DNA from: an uncultured Rhodospirillales bacterium
Lineage (GTDB): Bacteria; Pseudomonadota; Alphaproteobacteria; Rhodospirillales; JAPHRK01
NCBI GenBank assembly: GCA_965368335.1
Contig: CBDUMN010000005.1
Span: 105-64,104, forward strand
Length of the DNA: 64,000 nt
Direction of reading: 5' to 3'
The notes below the pieces were generated by a model. It did no database searches, was not told the DNA's origin, and saw only the letters and a program-made list of their open reading frames with translations. Position 1 is the stretch's first letter, and every line of letters starts with the position of its first letter. Below, one piece after another: positions 7,172 to 14,120 of this stretch. Made by a program: the position numbers and the translations under genes.

Positions 7172-10100
7172 TTAGGTGGTTTCGTCCAGATTGAAGGTGA
7201 TGCTGGTATCGCCGTCGCTGTCGGCCACCTGATAACCGTCGCCATCGGCAGCGGTAAAGGTAAAGCTGTCGTTCTGGATATCCTGATCAGGACCGTCGAA
7301 GGTAACCGAGAACTTGACGTCATCGAAGTCGTTGTCGTTCTGGTGGTAGTAGTCGTTTTCAGCCCGATTGGCATCCAGATCCTCAAACCCGATGTGCAGT
7401 TCACCATCATCACCGATGCCGGATTTGACGTGAACCATGCCGTCGTCGTTGGTCGATGCATCGCCGGAATGGAAGTTGTCTCGTGAATCGACGGTAAGCG
7501 ACGGTTTGCCGGGAGCGACAATTCTCAAGTCGCCGCTGGAGTCGAACTCAAGATAGCGCTGGTCGTTATTCAGCAGAGACTCGAGGTTATCGTAATCCCC
7601 TCCGTCGTCGTAGGAATTTCTACTCACCTTGTCATCGGCGTTCTGAATGATGAAGAAACCGATTTCTTCGCCCGGGCTCAGGTTGTTGAAGGTTACTGAG
7701 CTGCCATCGACCACGAGATCGCCGCCGCTGCCCACTTGCGAGGCATTGTGCCAGATGATGTCCGGGTCACTGTAAGTTTGCTCGCCGGTTTGTGGATCGG
7801 TGGTGATCTTGTACCAACCAACAGCATTCTTATAGCCCGCCTCTTCACCCTGGAAGGTCACGGTCATGGAGTCCGCGCCGTCAGGAACCTTGAGGTTGTT
7901 GGAGTCGACGCCAATGGTCGCATTGTCCCAACTGGGTGTTGAGTTTTCCCATTGGAAGCTGAAGTCGTTGCTCGTTTGCTGATACTGGATAGTTCCGCTG
8001 TTGATATCTGCTTGAGTGAAGGTGTCGTTTACATCAAGCGGAATTTGCGCTCCGTTGGCATCGACCCTGTAGAGTGCGCCGAAGTCAGGAGCATCGGTTA
8101 GCGTAAAGGTAATGTCGTTTGCGCCGGATTCGGCGTCGGTGACAGTGATTTCACTGGCATCCAGTGTCATGGCCTGACCATCGGTGAAGTAGCCTTGCAG
8201 GTCGGTGGTCAATTGAGGCGTATCGTTGACGTTGGTGAAGTTGACCTGGGCAGCGACCGGGTCGCTGTAGGTCTGCCCATCGTCGCTGGCGGAAACGCTA
8301 AAGCTCGGTGCATCTTCGCCGCCGTCATGGGTGAAGCTCACCTTGCCCGCGGCCACGTCGGCCAGGGTGAAGGAAGAAGCTTCCACACCGTCCAGGGTGA
8401 ATGAGCCGTTGGCCACATTGCTTACCTGGATGGTGACCCCTGCATCTGCAGTATCCACGTCGGAGACGCCAAGGTCTGCGACGCCGACCCCCACGGTTGC
8501 GCCTTCCGAAACTACGAGGCTCGGAGCCGAGACCGTTGCTGCATCGTTGATCGCAGCCACATCGACCTTAACGGTAGCCGTTGTTGAACTGCCCTGCTTG
8601 TCGCTGATGGTGACGGTAAATTCGTCCTCGCCGGTGTAATCGTCAGTCGGCGTATAGGTGAAGGCGCCATCGGCCCCGAATGTCACCTCGCCATGCGCCG
8701 GGCCATCGGTTTCGCTGGCGAAGCTGTAGGTCAGTTCATCGCCGGTATCGCCGTCGGAGGCTTCGAGGATCGCGCTGAAGGTATCGTCCTCGCTCATGCC
8801 GACAAGATTGTCTTCATCGATTGTTCCATTGACGACCAGACCGTCGAAAACCGGCCCGTCGTTGGAGCCCTCGACTGTTACCGTCGCCGTGGCGGTATTG
8901 GTCTTGTAGCCGTCGCTCACTTCATAAGTGATGGTGACGGTTGCATTATCGCCTTCCGCCAGGCTGTCGAAATCAGTGCCCGGATCGAAAGTAATCGTGC
9001 CATCGCCATTAACCGAGACCTTGCCGCCGCCATCGACCGAAGCGTTGGAAACGCTCAGGGTGTCGCCGTCAGCGTCAGTATCATTTTCAAGTACATTGAT
9101 GGTGAGCGTTTCGTTCTCTCCACCAAACAATCCCGTATCAGCAACCGCATCCGGCGCTTCATTAACATCGGTCACAACCGGGTTCGGATCGCCTTCGTAA
9201 GATTCGTCATAGTTCCGGCTACCCGGTGTCGAGCTGACTTCGTCCCAATTGCCATAGACCGGATCAAGAACTGTGCCGTCTTCCGTGGTTTCCACCGTGA
9301 CGGTACGCTGATAGCCCGTGGTCAGGGTGGGCTGGACGAAGGTTTCGGTCACGATCGTATCGTAAGTGGTGATCGTATCGCCGGTTTCCAGATCGATGCT
9401 TTCAACGCCAGAGTTTTCGACATTATTGGTGACGCGGCTTGCCAGCGCGGGATCGCCAATGTCTTGGGTAACGGAATTTGTTTCGTAGGAGGTTACGAAA
9501 GTTGAATCCGCATTGTCGTTCGGCATGGTGACCGAAACTGTTCCGGTGCTTTCCTTAAAGTGGTCGGAAACGGTGTAGGTCAAGTCGAACGAACCATTCC
9601 AATTATCGTTAGGCGTAAAGGTCCACTCGCCTTCACCGGTTTTCTCTAATGTACCGTTGAGGTTTTCGCCGCTGACATTGGTGACGGACAGAGTGTCGCC
9701 GTCCGCATCCGTTGCGCTCTTCAACAGTTGCTCTTCGGTGATGACCAGGGCCGTATCTTCCGCCCCCGTCAGTTCGGCAAGACCCGCATCCGGCGCTTCA
9801 TTAACGTTGACTTCAACGTGATCAGGACCGGCTTCGGTCTTGTTTTCACTGTCTACGTCATTATCGACTGTCGTGTTGGCCCAATCGCCGTATTCCGTGT
9901 CGGTTTCGCCGCCAATGTATTCAGTGGTCGTCACGGTCCGTTCGGAAAGCACCATGTCGTATGGTGTTTCGTAGGTATTAACGACCGTGGTGTCATAGGT
10001 CGTGGTGACATCGCCGGTTTCCTGATCGGTTACCGATTCACCGCTTTCGCGATTGATGGTCGGTTCGCTGGTGTTGACCAAGCTGGTTTCGCCAGACACC

Positions 10101-13075
10101 TTGTTCGGCCCGTCGGACTCGGTGCTTTGGGTAACCTTGGCGAATGTCTCGCCATTCCACTCGAAGGAGCCGTTATCGAAGGTCAGGGTTTCAATATTGG
10201 AAACCATATCCGTACCATCGATGCCGACAACCGAGAAGGAGCCGTCTTCATTGGGGATCAGGTTGTAATCGGCTGAATTGCCGCTAAAGATGGCCGTGTC
10301 GGCACCTTCGCCGCCATCGAGAATGTCATCGCCTTCACCGCCGTCGAGAATATCATCTCCGGTTCCGGCATAAAGTGCGTTAACCTGGGCATCGCCAGTA
10401 ATATCGTCGTTACCGGGCGAGCCAACCACGTTTTCGATGTTGGTCAGCACATCGTCGCCGATGTAGTACGTATCGGTTGCGTCGGTTGCCGTGCCTTCTT
10501 CAAGGTTGACGTTGACGCCGTTCTCAGCACTTTCGAATTTGATCGTGTCGATTCCGTCACCGCCATCATAGGTGTCGTTGCCGCCGCCATGAGCCGCAAC
10601 GATGGTGTCGTTGCCTTCTCCGCCTTGGACGATGTCGTTGCCGTCGCTGGCTGTAATCGTGTCGTCGCCCGCACCGCCATCAATGGTGTCGTTGTCATCA
10701 CCACCGACAATCACGTCGTCGCCGTCGCTGCCGACAATCACGTCGTCGCCTGCGCCGCCATCGATATTATCGGCTCCATCCCCGCCGGTCAGGATGTCGT
10801 TACCGTCGGTGCCGGTGATCTGGTCGTCACCTTCGCCGCCGTCGATGGTGTCGTCTCCATCCCCGCCGCTCAAGGTATCGTCGCCAGTCGTGCCCTGAAT
10901 TTGGTCGTTGCCGCCGCCGCCATCGATCTGGTCATCGCCCGCGCCGCCGTCAATGACATCATCATCATCGCCACCAACGACTTCAATGCTTGTTGCTGCA
11001 AACTCACCAGTCGCAACGTCATAGGTCCCATCGGCAAATTCGATGGTTTCAATGCCGATCAGGGTATCGGTTCCGTCTCGGTCAGCAACAGAGTCGGCCA
11101 CCTGAAGGTTGTCGTCGACTTCCGAAATGGCATAGTCGGCATAGTTGCCGGAGAAGACCGCCGTATCCATACCGCCTTCACCGCCGTCGAGGGTGTCGTT
11201 GCCACCACGTCCTTCAAGGATATCGTCGCCATCCACGCCATCGGCACGATTGACGTCACTGCCGCCGCTTAAGACGTTGTCGCCGTCATCGCCGCGAATT
11301 TCGTCATTGCCGTCGCCGCCGATAACATTTTCGATTTCGCTCAAAGTGTCGCTGTTGATGTAGGGATCGACGCCTTCGGCGTCAGTCGCCGTGCCTTCTT
11401 CAAGGTCAACCAGCACACCTTGCGTGGAACTATCGAAATCAATGGTGTCGATGCCGTCGCCGCCGTCGTAGGTATCGTTTCCGCCGCCGTGGGCAGCATC
11501 GATACTGTCGTTGCCTGCGCCCGCATCCACGATGTCATCGCCGTCGCCTGAGGAAATAGAGTCGTCGCCCGAACCCGTCGTAATGTTATCGTTCCCGGAC
11601 CCGGTCGTCACTTGGTTGTCGCCATCGCCAGCGTTGATGGTGTTGTTGCCGTTTCCGGCGTTGATAATGTCATTGCCCGAACCGGTGGTGATGTTGTCAT
11701 CGCCAGAGCCGGTCGTGATATCGAGGTTGTTCGTATTATCCGATTCGTCCATGTTGATGGGCACGTCAGAATTCGGATCGGAGAAGCTGGTTACGCCCTC
11801 TCCTAAGCCAACATGCCGTACGCCGTCGTCACCGATATAGTCGAAAGAGCCTTCTGGGGTATTGCTACCCGTACCGGTTTCAGGACCGCCGTTTAATGGA
11901 TCTGCACCCTCATCAGCACCAATGGTCGTCGGTTGATTGCCAACACCGAGTCCATTGGTGGGGTTGCTGTCCGCACCGCCGTCAAAGCCTTCGATTTGAT
12001 TCGTGTCGGTATCGTTGATTGCGACAGTGCTGGAATTGGTTGTTTGCGAGGTGTCGGGAGTTTCATCAGAACCCGGAATGAGTTCTTCATTGCCGCCTGC
12101 CGCCGTGGCGAAATCATCAAAATTCCCGACGTTCTGCATGCCGTAATCGTTGCCGGTACCGACTTCAGTAGGCAGATATTCAAAAGTCGTGCCGTAGATA
12201 TTGATCAGTTGATCTTCGGAAACTTCAAAAATTTCAACTGGAGGCAGATCGAAACCTTTTACGATGGTGCCGAAACCGGCCATGTTGATGATTTTGGTGC
12301 CGCCTTCGTTCCAGACGACGATTTCACCAACGAAGCCGTCGGATTCTTCCATCAGAACCACTTGCAAGTCTTCACCGTTGGCAAAGTCGACCCCGACCTG
12401 GGTGCCGCGAATACCGATGGTCGCCACCGGGGTTTCGATGGTCATGGCGTCCGGGTCGGTCTTGGCGACCTGGCCGGAAACGAAGGTGAACACGCCCTTT
12501 ACAACCGAGAAATTCATGCTGCCCGCGTCGGTGCCCGGGTCGTAGACCATTTCATCAAGGACCATGGAGCCGTTTTCGGCCATGGAGAAGGTCGTCTGGT
12601 CAGCCAAAATAATCCCGACCGCACCTTCGGGACCGGTTTCAAGAGCGTCGCCCTGATAAACCGGATCGCCAACATCGAGTTGGACCTTGGTGCCGTCGTT
12701 TCGGATAACGTAGACATCACCATCCATCTGATCGACGTGGCCGATAGGTTCGCCCGCTTGAGGGCCGCCCGCTTGAGCGTATTCGCCCGGGTTCATCGGC
12801 CCAGCCAGCTTGGTAACCAACTCACCGGTAAGGCGGCCACCGGTTTCGGTCATCAATGTGGCTTGAGGCTCTGAGGCGAAATAGTCCTCAACGACGGTTG
12901 TCGAGCCGTCGTTTTGCGTAATGACAAGATCTTGCCCGTCCCGCTCAAAAGCGTCGCTACCAACGGTTACCCCCGCAGGAAGCTGAACTGTGTTGTCGGG
13001 AGAGATTTGAACGACCGATGCGTCTGAGGTGTCAGTTACGTCGGTGCCTTCTGTGTTGTCATTATCCAGGGCCAT
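7172..13075 (-). CDS. Giant (~1,967 aa) repeat adhesin: N-terminal retention/FecR-like region, TAAG motif, RTX Ca-binding repeats, cadherin-like/VCBS-type domains, C-terminal DUF4114-like domain
   Basis: Single open frame. GGAGG lies 5 nt upstream of the ATG at 13073-13075 (M7 of the track ORF). Many GGxGxD nonapeptides are present (GSGDDNITTGSGNDIINAGNGNNTINAGDGDN...). Repeated V(N/D)EAPDA...DADGDTLSV...GT..F.P modules are present. The C-terminal block is GFFIIQNAD...DDGMVHV...HIGFEDL...NDNDFDDVKFSV. Confidence 0.9.
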   Translation of the reverse strand: MALDNDNTEGTDVTDTSDASVVQISPDNTVQLPAGVTVGSDAFERDGQDLVITQNDGSTTVVEDYFASEPQATLMTETGGRLTGELVTKLAGPMNPGEYAQAGGPQAGEPIGHVDQMDGDVYVIRNDGTKVQLDVGDPVYQGDALETGPEGAVGIILADQTTFSMAENGSMVLDEMVYDPGTDAGSMNFSVVKGVFTFVSGQVAKTDPDAMTIETPVATIGIRGTQVGVDFANGEDLQVVLMEESDGFVGEIVVWNEGGTKIINMAGFGTIVKGFDLPPVEIFEVSEDQLINIYGTTFEYLPTEVGTGNDYGMQNVGNFDDFATAAGGNEELIPGSDETPDTSQTTNSSTVAINDTDTNQIEGFDGGADSNPTNGLGVGNQPTTIGADEGADPLNGGPETGTGSNTPEGSFDYIGDDGVRHVGLGEGVTSFSDPNSDVPINMDESDNTNNLDITTGSGDDNITTGSGNDIINAGNGNNTINAGDGDNQVTTGSGNDNITTGSGDDSISSGDGDDIVDAGAGNDSIDAAHGGGNDTYDGGDGIDTIDFDSSTQGVLVDLEEGTATDAEGVDPYINSDTLSEIENVIGGDGNDEIRGDDGDNVLSGGSDVNRADGVDGDDILEGRGGNDTLDGGEGGMDTAVFSGNYADYAISEVDDNLQVADSVADRDGTDTLIGIETIEFADGTYDVATGEFAATSIEVVGGDDDDVIDGGAGDDQIDGGGGNDQIQGTTGDDTLSGGDGDDTIDGGEGDDQITGTDGNDILTGGDGADNIDGGAGDDVIVGSDGDDVIVGGDDNDTIDGGAGDDTITASDGNDIVQGGEGNDTIVAAHGGGNDTYDGGDGIDTIKFESAENGVNVNLEEGTATDATDTYYIGDDVLTNIENVVGSPGNDDITGDAQVNALYAGTGDDILDGGEGDDILDGGEGADTAIFSGNSADYNLIPNEDGSFSVVGIDGTDMVSNIETLTFDNGSFEWNGETFAKVTQSTESDGPNKVSGETSLVNTSEPTINRESGESVTDQETGDVTTTYDTTVVNTYETPYDMVLSERTVTTTEYIGGETDTEYGDWANTTVDNDVDSENKTEAGPDHVEVNVNEAPDAGLAELTGAEDTALVITEEQLLKSATDADGDTLSVTNVSGENLNGTLEKTGEGEWTFTPNDNWNGSFDLTYTVSDHFKESTGTVSVTMPNDNADSTFVTSYETNSVTQDIGDPALASRVTNNVENSGVESIDLETGDTITTYDTIVTETFVQPTLTTGYQRTVTVETTEDGTVLDPVYGNWDEVSSTPGSRNYDESYEGDPNPVVTDVNEAPDAVADTGLFGGENETLTINVLENDTDADGDTLSVSNASVDGGGKVSVNGDGTITFDPGTDFDSLAEGDNATVTITYEVSDGYKTNTATATVTVEGSNDGPVFDGLVVNGTIDEDNLVGMSEDDTFSAILEASDGDTGDELTYSFASETDGPAHGEVTFGADGAFTYTPTDDYTGEDEFTVTISDKQGSSTTATVKVDVAAINDAATVSAPSLVVSEGATVGVGVADLGVSDVDTADAGVTIQVSNVANGSFTLDGVEASSFTLADVAAGKVSFTHDGGEDAPSFSVSASDDGQTYSDPVAAQVNFTNVNDTPQLTTDLQGYFTDGQAMTLDASEITVTDAESGANDITFTLTDAPDFGALYRVDANGAQIPLDVNDTFTQADINSGTIQYQQTSNDFSFQWENSTPSWDNATIGVDSNNLKVPDGADSMTVTFQGEEAGYKNAVGWYKITTDPQTGEQTYSDPDIIWHNASQVGSGGDLVVDGSSVTFNNLSPGEEIGFFIIQNADDKVSRNSYDDGGDYDNLESLLNNDQRYLEFDSSGDLRIVAPGKPSLTVDSRDNFHSGDASTNDDGMVHVKSGIGDDGELHIGFEDLDANRAENDYYHQNDNDFDDVKFSVTFDGPDQDIQNDSFTFTAADGDGYQVADSDGDTSITFNLDETT
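10289..11728 (-). repeat. Coding region for RTX (hemolysin-type Ca-binding) nonapeptide repeats, organised as two ~300-aa duplicated super-modules
   Basis: ORF residues about 456-935. The blocks AAHGGGNDTYDGGDGIDTI(D/K)F...LEEGTATDA...IENV.G..GND...DTA.FSGN.ADY occur twice, exactly 300 codons apart (nt 11129-11497 and 10244-10597). Confidence 0.85.
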
Positions 13076-13119
13076 TTCCGCCTCCATTAGCACCCGAATT
13101 TAATAAATCGCTCTTCGGC

Positions 13120-13165
13120 ATTTAGTTCGCATTCGCTTTCGGGAAAAGCGGAAATGCGACTAAAT
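13120..13165 (-). promoter_or_regulatory. Imperfect long hairpin in the probable 5' leader of the adhesin gene
   Basis: atttagttcgcattcgc (13120-13136) pairs with gcggaaatgcgactaaat (13148-13165), with two bulges and an 11-nt loop. It lies 45-90 nt upstream of the adhesin start codon. Its function is unknown. Confidence 0.25.
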
Positions 13166-13451
13166 CTTGGTGTCTTCTTTTTTATGTGTGAAAGTCGTGT
13201 GCACACTTTCAGATAATCCTATTAAGCGCCCCAACCCCTTGAAAGTCCAGTCAACTCATCTCTCCGTTCATTTGTATGAACGAACACGCCCAATAAAGCA
13301 CATAAAAACAATGGTAAACTTTAAGTGCATTTGTCTCAAATGTCGTTACTACCAAACGATGTGATTGGTTTGAGGGCTTACAGCGACTTCTAAATATGGC
13401 AAGGTGTGATACTCTTCAGACTAATGGCATGACTGTGGGGCAATGGTGTAA

Positions 13452-14120
13452 TTGACTGGTATTACAATAGATTTGGTATTCGATACCGTTTGTCCGTGGT
13501 GCTATATCGGAAAACGCCGACTTGATGAGGCGTTGGAAATGCGTCCGGATATAAATGTCGCCCTGCGTTGGCGGCCCTTCTTGCTCAACCCCAATATGCC
13601 GAAAGAAGGCATATCTCATGAAACCTATATGACACGTCGATTCGGCGGTCCCAGGAGAGCGCAGAAGGCCTATAACGCTGTCGAAGATGTCGGATTGTCG
13701 GCAGAAATCGATTTTTCTTTCGACAATATCAGCCGCACACCCAGCTCGATTGATTCTCACCGTCTGGTTCTCTACGCCGAAGAGCAAGGAATGGCGCAGT
13801 CCGCCGTGGAGGCCCTTTTTTACAATTACTTCGTCAATGGGAAGGATATTGGCGACCTTGCAGTGCTTGTTTCCATCGCTGAAAAACTTGGGCTTGATTC
13901 TGCCGATGTGGAGACTTTTTTAAGCAGTGATGAGGGCCTGGATGCCGTTCATGAAAGCAGCCAGCACGCTCATTCTCAAGGGATCAACGGGGTTCCGGCT
14001 TTTATCTTCAACGAAAAACTCGTGCTCTCGGGCGGCTATCCCTCAGGCATTCTGGCCCGGATGATCGATACGGCTCACCAGGATGAAATGCTTGGCCGGG
14101 AAATGGCCGCTACGCATTAA
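13452..14120 (+). CDS. DsbA-family thiol oxidoreductase (FrnE / 2-hydroxychromene-2-carboxylate isomerase-like)
   Basis: The N-terminus ITIDLVFDTVCPWCYIGKRRLDEAL carries the CPWC active site, and the C-terminal GINGVPAFIF motif is present. A TTG start is the only in-frame option. Confidence 0.8.
   Translation: MTGITIDLVFDTVCPWCYIGKRRLDEALEMRPDINVALRWRPFLLNPNMPKEGISHETYMTRRFGGPRRAQKAYNAVEDVGLSAEIDFSFDNISRTPSSIDSHRLVLYAEEQGMAQSAVEALFYNYFVNGKDIGDLAVLVSIAEKLGLDSADVETFLSSDEGLDAVHESSQHAHSQGINGVPAFIFNEKLVLSGGYPSGILARMIDTAHQDEMLGREMAATH

Noticed and set aside
8693-12874. Series of plus-strand ORFs of 180-313 aa (8693-9505, 9728-10276, 10589-11272, 11933-12874) and many shorter ones in both directions
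   Set aside because: All lie inside the single 5.9-kb adhesin frame. The repetitive GGxGxD/Asp-Thr-Val codon composition suppresses stop codons in other frames, and their translations are Val/Ile/Ala/Gly mirror images of the repeats.
13197-13206. Perfect 10-bp palindrome GTGTGCACAC upstream of the adhesin gene
   Set aside because: A 10-bp palindrome is expected by chance roughly once per kilobase, there is no second copy, and it matches no operator consensus I know.
13167-13364. 65-aa ORF in the adhesin/dsbA intergenic region
   Set aside because: It lies in AT-rich sequence with no SD, has odd composition (Cys/Lys/His-rich) and no homology that I recognise. It is most likely non-coding regulatory DNA.
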